In this document: positions 18,343 through 26,350 of the stretch, piece by piece
Layout of the letters: every line of letters begins with the position of its first letter
How positions within the stretch are numbered: position 1 is the stretch's first letter
From: Actinomycetota bacterium
GTDB lineage: Bacteria; Actinomycetota; CADDZG01; JAHWKV01
Length of the DNA stretch: 64,000 nucleotides
Reading direction: 5' to 3'
Assembly (NCBI GenBank): GCA_035759705.1
Contig: DASTUJ010000138.1
Span: 87 to 64,086 of the forward strand
Notes under the pieces: model-generated
The model's database searches: none
The model's input: the letters and a program-made list of their open reading frames with translations, nothing else
What the model was told of the DNA's origin: nothing
Translations under genes and position numbers: made by a program

Positions 18343-18723
18343 TCAGGCCGAGGGGGCCGACTCCCGGGTCCGGACCTGCTCCAGCGCGGACCGGAGCGCT
18401 TCCAGGACGATGGTGGCGCAGTTCGTGCGCTCGTCGGGAATGCCGCCCAGCGCCCGGTAGAGCCGGGGGTAGTCGATCGTCTGGGCCTCCGTGATCGAGG
18501 TGCCGATGGCGAGCTCGCAGATGACATCGGCCGAGGCGATGGCGGTGGCGCAGCCCTGAGCCCGGAAACGGGCGTCGGCGATGACGCCGTCGTAGACCAC
18601 GAGGGCCAGGTGGACAACGTCGCCGCAGGTCTCGTTTCCGGCCTGAGCGGTGCCCTGGGGATCGTCCAGATCACCCGCATGCGACGGCTCGAGGAACCGG
18701 CCCATTAGCGCGTCGCTGTACAT
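18343..18723 (-). CDS. NifU/IscU/SufU-like Fe-S cluster assembly scaffold
   Basis: 126 aa with conserved scaffold Cys residues (GNETCGD, RAQGCATAIASADV, NCATIVLEAL). Confidence 0.85.
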   Translation of the reverse strand: MYSDALMGRFLEPSHAGDLDDPQGTAQAGNETCGDVVHLALVVYDGVIADARFRAQGCATAIASADVICELAIGTSITEAQTIDYPRLYRALGGIPDERTNCATIVLEALRSALEQVRTRESAPSA

Positions 18724-18796
18724 CCCTCCACTTTAAGGGACGGCGGGCTGCTATTTCCGAGCCTGGATAGAGTGCGGTCCTGCGGTAGTCTGGGGC

Positions 18797-19936
18797 ATGC
18801 CTACTATCGAGCAAGTGCGAGAGGTTCTCGCCACCATCAACGACCCCGAGCTCCACCGCAGCATCGTGGAGCTGGGCATGGTCAAGGGTATCGAGGTCGC
18901 TCCGCCGCACGTCACGGTCGACCTGGCCCTCACCATTCCCGGATGCCCCCTCAAGTCCTTCTTCCAGGAGGTCCTGCCGGCCAAGATCCAGGCCTCCTTC
19001 CCCGAGATCACCGCAGTCACGGTCAACCTCGGGTCCATGACCGACGAGGAGCGCAAAGCTCTGGTCGGCGGGGTGAAGAGTGAAAGCCCCTCCTCTTTTG
19101 CCGGCCCGCAGTCGCGCACCACGGTGCTGGCCATTGGAAGCGGAAAGGGCGGGGTCGGCAAATCGACCCTCACCGCCAACCTCGCAGCGGCCCTGGCCAA
19201 ACGAGGTCACTCGGTCGGCCTTCTGGACGCCGACATCTGGGGATTCTCCTCCTCCCGAATGCTGGGGACCTCGGCCAAGCCGACCGTCATCGACGAGCGC
19301 CTTATCGTCCCCGTCGAGGCTTACGGCTTCAAGATGATCTCCATGGGCAACCTGGTCGAGGACGACCGCCCGGTCGTCATGCGAGGCCCCATGCTCCACA
19401 AGATCCTTCAGAGCTTCTTGTCCGACGTTCACTGGGAGGAGCCGGACTACCTCCTCATCGACATGCCCCCCGGCACCGGTGACATCTCCCTTTCTCTGTC
19501 GCAGTTCGTCCCCGGTTGTTCGATCATCCTCGTCACCACCCCCCAGCAGGCTGCCGAGAAGGTGGCCGAGAGGGCCGGGCATATGGCCGGCAAGGTTGGG
19601 ATGAAGGTGGCGGGGGTCATCGAAAACATGGCTTACGCCCTCTGCGAGCACTGCGGAGAGCGGACCTACCCGTTCGGCAGCGGCGGCGGCCAGGAGCTTG
19701 CCGAGACGTTCGGGGCGCCGCTTCTCGGCCAGATCCCGCTGGACCCACCGATGGGCGCCCTCGCCGACCACGGCAAGCCTTCGGTGATCGTCACCCCGGA
19801 GTCACCCTCGGCGAAGGCTTTCGAAGAGGTCACCGAGGCCCTGGTCAAGCTGATTCCACCCAAACCCAGAAGCCGGATGCGCAAGTCGCTCCCGCTCATC
19901 ATGAGCCCTTCGGCCGCCCCCGCCCACACCGGCTGA
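18797..19936 (+). CDS. Mrp/ApbC-family Fe-S cluster carrier ATPase with N-terminal DUF59/MIP18 domain
   Basis: Has the deviant Walker A AIGSGKGGVGKST and a CxxC (ALCEHCG). The N-terminus has the DUF59 signature (INDPELHRSIVELGMV). Confidence 0.9.
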   Translation: MPTIEQVREVLATINDPELHRSIVELGMVKGIEVAPPHVTVDLALTIPGCPLKSFFQEVLPAKIQASFPEITAVTVNLGSMTDEERKALVGGVKSESPSSFAGPQSRTTVLAIGSGKGGVGKSTLTANLAAALAKRGHSVGLLDADIWGFSSSRMLGTSAKPTVIDERLIVPVEAYGFKMISMGNLVEDDRPVVMRGPMLHKILQSFLSDVHWEEPDYLLIDMPPGTGDISLSLSQFVPGCSIILVTTPQQAAEKVAERAGHMAGKVGMKVAGVIENMAYALCEHCGERTYPFGSGGGQELAETFGAPLLGQIPLDPPMGALADHGKPSVIVTPESPSAKAFEEVTEALVKLIPPKPRSRMRKSLPLIMSPSAAPAHTG

Positions 19937-20272
19937 GGATTCCAAAAAGCCACCAGAATTCGCGCTCGGCTGGCTTCAAAAAGAACTGGCCTAATGGGGT
20001 GGCACCTTGTACGATACCGATTGTCATACGCCCCATCAGGGGTGGCAGGATGGTCGGATATGTCTCTCGCCGCGGGGAACGGCGCCAGTTTCTTGGTTTG
20101 ACGGCGTTTTATTCTTCCGATGAGGGGCAGAAACTTCCCAGAAAGGCAGGTTTGTCATTGCCGTTCGGCCTAGGATTCATATCCCACGGACGAATGGGTC
20201 GTTCTGATAGTGTTTGCTAGACTGCGGGTGGAATACCCTTTGATTCGAAATGAAACGTAAGAGGAGGTAGTA

Positions 20273-20767
20273 ATGAAGAAGCTCACGGGACTACTGCTCG
20301 TGACTGTGATAGCAGGAGCGATCTTCGCCGCTCTGGCCCTCCCGGCGTTCGCTGCTAGCAGCAACGCAGGTGGAGTTGTTGTCGAGTCCGGCGATGCACC
20401 TGACTGTGTTGGCGGAAGCTGTGGCGGCGTCATCGTCGAGGACCCGGCTGGCGTCGGCCCCGACTGCACCGGCGGCAACTGCGGCGGAAGCATCTGCCAG
20501 GGCCCCGACTGCGGCAGCTGCGCAGGCGGTAACTGCGGCGGAAGCATCAGCGGTCCGGGAACGGCCGTTGACCACGGTAAGAAGCACGACGCACCGGCCA
20601 AGGCCGCTGGCGCAAAGGCACTGCCCCGCACGGGTATCCCGACCGCAGCCACCCTGGCACTCGGCGCCGGAATGATCCTGGTTGGTCTGTTCTTCACCTT
20701 CGTCGAGCACCCCTCGACCAAGGTCGCAATGGCAGCCATGACCTACCGCCCGAAGCGTCGCCTCTAA
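20273..20767 (+). CDS. Small secreted Cys/Gly-rich protein with LPXTG-type C-terminal sorting signal
   Basis: A signal peptide (MKKLTGLLLVTVIAGAIFAALALPAFA) is followed by three DC(x)GG(S/N)CGG repeats and then LPRTG, a hydrophobic segment and a KRR tail. A strong SD (AGGAGG) is present, and an intrinsic terminator follows immediately. Confidence 0.7.
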   Translation: MKKLTGLLLVTVIAGAIFAALALPAFAASSNAGGVVVESGDAPDCVGGSCGGVIVEDPAGVGPDCTGGNCGGSICQGPDCGSCAGGNCGGSISGPGTAVDHGKKHDAPAKAAGAKALPRTGIPTAATLALGAGMILVGLFFTFVEHPSTKVAMAAMTYRPKRRL

Positions 20768-20784
20768 TACACCGATTCAACCAA

Positions 20785-20816
20785 GCAGCCCCCGGAGACG
20801 GGGGCTGCTTTTTTTG
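20785..20816 (+). terminator. Rho-independent terminator (GCAGCCCCCG-GAGA-CGGGGGCTGC followed by a T7 run)
   Basis: A perfect 10-bp GC stem with a 4-nt loop is followed by TTTTTTT, directly after the stop of the LPXTG gene. Confidence 0.75.
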
Positions 20817-20902
20817 TTGAGTGATGACCGGACATCGCTCACAATGGTTGCGCCCCGGCGGGGGCAACCTGAAGACAACAAGTTCGAGCGGTAGGGGAGA
20901 GC

Positions 20903-22471
20903 TTGGCTCAAGATCAACTGCCCGCACCAACTCCGGCAACCCGGTCGATGCGCAGCCGGGTCGTCTCGTCGTTGTTTGCTCCGCTCGACCTTGCCGCCCT
21001 TGCCTACTTCCGGATCGTGTTCGGCCTGGTGGTCTGCTGGGAGTCCTGGAGATACTTCAAGCTCGGGTGGATCGACGCCTTCTTCGTCGATCCTCCGTTC
21101 CTGTTCACCTACTGGCCGTTTCACTTCGTAGACCCGTGGCCGGGCTGGGGGATGAAGGCTCACTTCCTGGTCCTCGGCGCCGCAGGCATCCTGGTCGCCC
21201 TGGGAGCGTTCTACCGGGCGTCCGCCTCGGTGCTGTTCGTTGCGATGACGTACTTCTTCCTGCTCGACAAGGCCAACTACCTCAACCACCTCTACCTGGT
21301 CTGCCTCCTCGCTTTTCTGATGATCTTCCTGCCCGCCCACCGGACGTGGTCGGTAGACGTCCGGAGGAAGCCGTCCCTTAGGGCAGACACCGCCCCGGCC
21401 TGGACCCTGTGGCTGCTTCGCTTCCAGCTGGCGCTTCCGTACTTCTTCGGGGGCATAGCCAAGCTGAACCCCGACTGGTTAAAAGGGGAGCCGCTCAGGA
21501 TGTGGCTGGCCGAGGACGTGGACTTTCCTCTCATCGGCCGGTTCTTCACCGAGGAGCCGGTCGTCAGGCTGATGACCTACGGCGCGTTGGCGCTGGACCT
21601 GCTGGTCGTCCTCTTCCTGCTGGCGTCCCGGAAAACCCGGCCCTTCGCATACGCCGCCGCAGTCGCTTTCCACTTCATGAACTCGAGGCTGTTCAACATC
21701 GGCATCTTCCCGTGGCTGATGATCGCAGGCACGGCAATCTTCTTTCCTCCCGACACCCCCAGACGGATTCTCGAGGACCTCCGGCGCCGGCCCGGCTCGC
21801 TGCGATCGATTGCATGGTGGATTGGGATGGCCGGCGGCGCTTGGCTCGGCTGGAAGCTGCCGACGACCTTCACGCTGCCCCAGGTGGCGATAGGCGGCCT
21901 CGGAATCGCAATCCTCTGCTGGAGCCTGGCCGAGCTGTTGCGGCCCCTACCGGCCGTTCCTGTGGCCTCCGAGCCGCAGCAGGAGAACGATCGGGCGACC
22001 GGGCCGGCGCTTCGCCCGCCCCGGCCGGTGCTCGCCCTTCTGGTCCTATGGGTCGCCGTGCAGGTGTTGCTGCCTTTCAGGCACCTGGCCGTGCCCGGCA
22101 ACGTCTACTGGACCGAGGAGGGACAGCGGTTCTCATGGATGATGCTCGTTCGGTCCAAGGAGGGCCGGGTCATCTACGAGGTGACCGACGTGAGCCGGGG
22201 TCAGACGTGGGAGCTGTTCCCCGAGAACTACCTGACCCGAAGGCAATCCCTGACGCTTAGGGACAAGCCCGACATGATCGTTCAGTTCGCCCACTACATC
22301 CAGGACCGGCTCCGGGAAGACGGCTACCCGGAGGTGGAGATACGGGCAATCACCGCCATCTCGTTGAACAACAAGCCGGAGCGCCCGGTCATCGACCGGA
22401 ACGTCGACCTGACGAAGGTAAAGGTTCCCTGGTTGGGCAAAGCAGACTGGATCACGGCTGAGGAGCCCTAG
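20903..22471 (+). CDS. HTTM-domain protein (vitamin K-dependent gamma-glutamyl carboxylase-like)
   Basis: A 522-aa polytopic protein. The N-terminal HTTM signature region is LAALAYFRIVFGLVVCWESWRYF...FHFMNSRLFNIGIFPWLMIAG. The C-terminal soluble domain (YWTEEGQRFSWMMLV) is as in bacterial VKGC homologues. Confidence 0.8.
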   Translation: MAQDQLPAPTPATRSMRSRVVSSLFAPLDLAALAYFRIVFGLVVCWESWRYFKLGWIDAFFVDPPFLFTYWPFHFVDPWPGWGMKAHFLVLGAAGILVALGAFYRASASVLFVAMTYFFLLDKANYLNHLYLVCLLAFLMIFLPAHRTWSVDVRRKPSLRADTAPAWTLWLLRFQLALPYFFGGIAKLNPDWLKGEPLRMWLAEDVDFPLIGRFFTEEPVVRLMTYGALALDLLVVLFLLASRKTRPFAYAAAVAFHFMNSRLFNIGIFPWLMIAGTAIFFPPDTPRRILEDLRRRPGSLRSIAWWIGMAGGAWLGWKLPTTFTLPQVAIGGLGIAILCWSLAELLRPLPAVPVASEPQQENDRATGPALRPPRPVLALLVLWVAVQVLLPFRHLAVPGNVYWTEEGQRFSWMMLVRSKEGRVIYEVTDVSRGQTWELFPENYLTRRQSLTLRDKPDMIVQFAHYIQDRLREDGYPEVEIRAITAISLNNKPERPVIDRNVDLTKVKVPWLGKADWITAEEP

Positions 22472-22532
22472 GGCCCGGTAACTGCAGCCGGGCGTCCCCC
22501 GAGGTTATTGCTACCTGCCGGGGCCGGTCCCG

Positions 22533-23095
22533 TCAGTCGCAGCCGTCGGGGTTACGATCCTCGACGCAGACATCGCCGCTTTGTCCGCTGGAGCCGGTTG
22601 CCCCGCTTCGAGCACCGTTGCCTCCGCGGCCGCTGGTGCCGCCGTCGGCTCCGTCGGCGCCGGTGCCGCTGTCGGCATCGCCTCCGCCTCCGGCTCCGCC
22701 CTGTCCGCCGGCGCCATCGCCCCCGCTGCCTCCGCCGCCGTCCGCGCTGTCGTCCCCGGAGCTGCTGTCCGAGCTGCCGCCGGAGCCGCCTCCTCGCCCA
22801 CTGCCGCTCCGCCGGAGCCTCCGTCACCGCTGCCGCCGACCGAGGCGCCGCTGGGACCTCCCGAGCCGCCTCCACCGCCGGACCCGGAGTCGCCCCCGCT
22901 CCCGCCGCCGCCCGAGGACCCCGTGGCGCCGCTGGCGCCGGATTCGAGGATGAACTCCTGCTCGCACCCCGTGGAGTCCGGGCCCGGACCGGAGGTCTCG
23001 CAAAAGTTTTCGGCTGATGCGGTTGAGATCAACGATGCCCCGAGAAGGGCGGCCGAGATCAATGCAACGGCCAAAAGCGTTCTGCGAGTTTTCAT
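22533..23095 (-). pseudogene. Paralog A of the secreted Gly-rich Cys-loop protein family, apparently frameshifted
   Basis: The N-terminus (signal peptide plus AENFCETSGPGPDSTGCEQEFILES) is in one frame from 23095. The conserved C-terminus (GNGARSGATGSSGQSGDVCVEDRNPDGCD*) is in another frame ending at 22533. The frames switch near 22805-22825 within the GGx repeats. Confidence 0.45.
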
Positions 23096-23301
23096 CCCAT
23101 CCTCCTTGTTCCGCCGGTTCTCCGAGCGTGCCCGGTTCGGTCACGAGCCCTCGGGATCCTCTGGAGCGCCTCCTCAGGCATGGTGCTCATGGTGCGTTTG
23201 TTAAGTAGCGTTTGAACAACATACTTGAGTCGCCTATGGAGGTATAGGCAATCCGGCTAATTACATCTTGAGGATTAGAGAGACTCGCCCTACCAGGACG
23301 C

Positions 23302-23333
23302 AAAAAAGGGGCGGCCCGAAGGCCGCCCCTTTT
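23302..23333 (-). terminator. Hairpin terminator (AAAAGGGGCGGCC-CGAA-GGCCGCCCCTTTT), bidirectional-type
   Basis: A perfect 13-bp stem with A/T flanks lies 3' of paralog B. Confidence 0.7.
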
Positions 23334-23355
23334 GCCTTTTCAGGCTGAACTGCTA

Positions 23356-24021
23356 TTAGCAGTCGTTGTTGTTGTCAGCGTCTGCGCAAGCGTCGCCGGA
23401 GTCGCCGGAGTCGCCGGTGGCGCCGCTACGGGCACCGTTGCCGCCGTTACCGGAACGTCCGCCTTCGCCGCCTTCGCCGCCGTCGCCGGTGTCGGCGTCG
23501 CCGCCGTTACCTTCGCCGCCGTCGCCGCCGGTGCCGTCGCCGCCACCTGCGCCGTTGCAGCCGCCGGACTCGTCGCCGGAGCCGTCACATGCGCCGTCGC
23601 CGCCGAGGCCGCCTGCGCCGCCGCCGCCGTCGCCGCCGCCGGTGGTTGCACCGGCGTAGTCGCCGCTACCACCAGCTGCGCCGCCGCCGCCGCCTGCGCC
23701 GCCGTTGCCGCCGCCGTCGCCGCCAGCACCGCCGGCACCTGCGCCGCCGCCGCCGCCGTCGCCGCTACCGCCGGCTGCTGCGCCGGATGCTCCGCCTGCG
23801 CCGCCGTCGCCGGCTGCGCCGGACTCGCCACCGTCGCCACCAGCGCCGGACTCGCCGGTTTCGCCGGTTGCGCCGGTCTCAAGGCCGAACTCCTGGGAGC
23901 ACTCGGTTGTGTCGGGGCCCGGGCCGTTTGCGTCGCAGTTGTTCTCTGCGGCTGCGGTCGGGATGAGCAGTGCTGAAACCATGGCAAGCATCATGAGCAT
24001 GCCAAACATTTTCTTGATCAT
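23356..24021 (-). CDS. Secreted Gly/Ala/Asp-rich (PGRS-like) repeat protein with three conserved Cys pairs, paralog B
   Basis: Signal peptide MIKKMFGMLMMLAMVSALLIPTAAA, then ENNCDANGPGPDTTECSQEF, ~150 aa of GGxGGxGG repeats, a middle CDGSGDESGGC pair and a C-terminal CADADNNNDC*. The SD is GGAGG. Confidence 0.8.
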   Translation of the reverse strand: MIKKMFGMLMMLAMVSALLIPTAAAENNCDANGPGPDTTECSQEFGLETGATGETGESGAGGDGGESGAAGDGGAGGASGAAAGGSGDGGGGGAGAGGAGGDGGGNGGAGGGGGAAGGSGDYAGATTGGGDGGGGAGGLGGDGACDGSGDESGGCNGAGGGDGTGGDGGEGNGGDADTGDGGEGGEGGRSGNGGNGARSGATGDSGDSGDACADADNNNDC

Positions 24022-24270
24022 TCCTACTACCTCCTGGCTAACTGCCGTATTCGATGTGCTTCTGAATTAGCGATGTATCGAACCTGCATGGTGTTGCGGG
24101 AAGTTCAAGCTGCTCGAAATGGAATGGGCGCTACCGGCCGCCTGATAGGCGAAACCGAGCCCCTTCCACCCGATACTCGGGGACTCTATCAGTTTGGCCG
24201 GTGGGAGTGGGCGAACCCGCGAAAAAAAGTTGGGAGCCGCTCCGACGGCGTTCGAGGTATCCCGGAATAG

Positions 24271-24300
24271 AAAGAGGGGCGGCAATTGCCGCCCCTCTTT
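24271..24300 (-). terminator. Hairpin terminator (AAAGAGGGGCGGC-AATT-GCCGCCCCTCTTT)
   Basis: A perfect 13-bp stem 3' of paralog C. Confidence 0.7.
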
Positions 24301-24316
24301 GTCGAGCTTGAAGCTG

Positions 24317-24988
24317 TTAGCAGTCGTTGTTGTTGTCGGCCTCGGCACAAACGTCGCCGGAGGTGCCGGAGTCGCCGGTGCGGCCGCTGCGAGCGCCGTT
24401 GCCGCCGTTACCGGACTGACCGCCCTCGCCGCCTTCGCCGCCGTCGCCGGTGTCGGCGTCGCCGCCGTTACCTTCGCCGCCGTCGCCGCCGGTGCCGCTT
24501 CCGCCACCTGCGCCGTTGCATCCAGCGCTGGTGTCGGTTGCGCTGCCGTCACATGCGCCGTCGCCGCCTGCGCCACCTGCGCCGCCGCCGCCGTCGCCGC
24601 CGCCGGTGGTTGCACCGGAGTAAGCGCCACTGCCGCCGGCTGCTCCGCCGCCGCCGCCTGCGCCGCCGTTGCCGCCGCCGTCGCCGCCGGCACCGCCGGC
24701 ACCTGCGCCGCCGCCGCCGCCGTCGCCGCTACCGCCTGCTGCTGCGCCGCTTGCGCCGCCGTCGCCGCCGGCACCAGCGTCGCCCGAGGCTCCGCCTTCG
24801 CCGCCGTCGCCGCTTGCGCCGGTTGCGCCGGTTTCGCCGGACTCGAGCTCAAAAGCCTGCTCGCAGCCGGTCTCGTCAGCGCCGGGACCGTTTGCGTCAC
24901 AGTTGTTCTCCGCAGATGCGGTGGGAACGAGCAGTGCGGCCGACAGGGCCAGCATCAGCATCATTCCGAAGAGGTTCTTGACCTTCAT
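24317..24988 (-). CDS. Secreted PGRS-like Gly-rich Cys-pair protein, paralog C
   Basis: About 90% identical to paralog B, with the same three Cys pairs and signal peptide MKVKNLFGMMLMLALSAALLVPTASA. Confidence 0.8.
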   Translation of the reverse strand: MKVKNLFGMMLMLALSAALLVPTASAENNCDANGPGADETGCEQAFELESGETGATGASGDGGEGGASGDAGAGGDGGASGAAAGGSGDGGGGGAGAGGAGGDGGGNGGAGGGGGAAGGSGAYSGATTGGGDGGGGAGGAGGDGACDGSATDTSAGCNGAGGGSGTGGDGGEGNGGDADTGDGGEGGEGGQSGNGGNGARSGRTGDSGTSGDVCAEADNNNDC

Positions 24989-25180
24989 TTTCGGTGTCCT
25001 CCTAGAGATTCGATCGAATCAACTCCCGAAGGAGTTGGGTGGAGCGTTTGATGCGCGCTCGACGCAAGGAGAGTTAGCACCTTCCGCCGTGCATCGGGGA
25101 GTCTATCAAACCGTTCGGCCAAAAGGGCACTCGGTGAGAAAAAGTTCTTCCGAAAATTGTTGACGGCTCTTTCGAGAAAT

Positions 25181-25210
25181 AAAACGGCGGCCCCGAAGGG
25201 CCGCCGTTTG
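25181..25210 (-). terminator. Hairpin terminator (AAAACGGCGGCCC-CGAA-GGGCCGCCGTTTG)
   Basis: A 13-bp stem 3' of paralog D. Confidence 0.7.
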
Positions 25211-25227
25211 TTGCCAGGGGTTGAGCC

Positions 25228-25896
25228 TTAGCAGTTGTTGTTGTTGTCAGCGTCTGCACAAGCGTCGCCGGAGTCGCCGGAGTCGCCGCTACGGCCGCTG
25301 CGTGCGCCGTTGCCGCCGTTACCGGAACGTCCGCCTTCGCCGCCTTCGCCGCCGTCGCCGGTGTCGGCGTCGCCGCCGTTACCTTCGCCGCCGTCGCCGC
25401 CGGTGCCGTCGCCGCCTGCGCCGCCGTTGCATCCAGCGCTGGTGTCGGTTGCGCTGCCGTCACATGCGCCGTCGCCGCCTGCGCCGCCTGCGCCGCCGCC
25501 GCCGTCGCCGCCGCCGGTGGTTGCACCGGCCCAAGCGCCACTGCCGCCGGCTGCTCCGCCGCCGCCACCTGCGCCGCCGTTGCCGCCGCCGTCGCCGCCG
25601 GCACCGCCGGCACCTGCGCCGCCGCCGCCGCCGTCGCCGCTACCGCCGGCTGCTGCGCCGGATGCTCCACCTGCGCCGCCGTCGCCTGCTGCGCCGGAGT
25701 CGCCGCCTGCGCCGCCGTCACCGGTTGCGCCGGTCTCGCCGGTCTCGCCGGTGGTGAGCTCGAGCTCCTGCGAACACTCGGTGGTGTCCTCGCCCGGGCC
25801 GTTGGCGTCACAGTTGTTCTCAGCTGCTGCGGTAGGAACCAGAAGTGCGGCCGCGAGGGCCAGCATCATCAGGGTGCCCATGAGTTTCTTGATCAT
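25228..25896 (-). CDS. Secreted PGRS-like Gly-rich Cys-pair protein, paralog D
   Basis: Starts at MIKKLMGTLMMLALAAALLVPTAAA (ATG 25896). It is near-identical to B and C, and the C-terminus is CADADNNNNC*. Confidence 0.8.
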   Translation of the reverse strand: MIKKLMGTLMMLALAAALLVPTAAAENNCDANGPGEDTTECSQELELTTGETGETGATGDGGAGGDSGAAGDGGAGGASGAAAGGSGDGGGGGAGAGGAGGDGGGNGGAGGGGGAAGGSGAWAGATTGGGDGGGGAGGAGGDGACDGSATDTSAGCNGGAGGDGTGGDGGEGNGGDADTGDGGEGGEGGRSGNGGNGARSGRSGDSGDSGDACADADNNNNC

Positions 25897-26350
25897 CTGC
25901 GTGATTCCTTCCTTTGATGTTGCCTTGCTTATGCGCTGCATCCGCCTCCTGGACCTTGCCGCCAGGGGCGAAATTCTTTTGCGAGACTTCGCAACTACTG
26001 GTAAATCCCCGCCGTATCTCGATGCAAAACTTTGGTGTAGACGAAACTAGCGCCCAGTTAAATGAGCACGCCGAATGTTACCGCTCCAAACCGGCCGGTT
26101 CAAGGAATTGTTTCAGAACCCCGCTCAGCGTTCGCAGATCCTCCACCGCCGTTTCCGCGTATCGAGTTTACGGGCGTGCGGGGAGTATGTGAACGGGAGG
26201 ATCGACGGAAATCCGGCGTCTCGCAGCCGAGTTAGACTCTTAAGGCATTCGCCGAAGAGCAACAGCGGCCGGGAGACAGATTTGACGGAGAAGAATTCCA
26301 GGCGGGACGACAGGATCCTCGATCCCGAGCTCCTCAACGACGCGGCCTCG

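Larger units (their letters stand above)
23296..25945 (-). repeat. Tandem direct repeat of three ~0.91-0.96 kb units (gene plus terminator plus leader), with a fourth diverged unit at 22533-23300
   Basis: The stop codons of B, C and D are spaced 961 and 911 bp apart. There is near-identity at the DNA level across the coding and terminator hairpins. Confidence 0.8.

Noticed and set aside
22508-23204. Arg- and Pro-rich plus-strand ORFs over paralog A (22508-23017, 22581-23204, 22618-22953)
   Set aside because: The same mirror-ORF artefact of GGC repeats.
23332-25051. Long plus-strand ORFs antisense to the Gly-rich genes (23332-23976 Ala-rich, 23589-23966 and 24286-24981 Arg-rich, 24194-25051, 25221-25757, 25235-26050 Pro-rich)
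   Set aside because: They are mirror images of the GGC/GGN repeats (GCC gives Ala, CGC/CGG gives Arg, CCG gives Pro). They have no SD and no signal of selection, and the minus-strand genes carry signal peptides, SDs and terminators.
20273-26000. CRISPR array or IS element explanation for the repeat region
   Set aside because: The repeats are about 0.9-1 kb gene-length units with ORFs, not 25-40 bp repeat-spacer structure. No transposase or inverted terminal repeats were seen.
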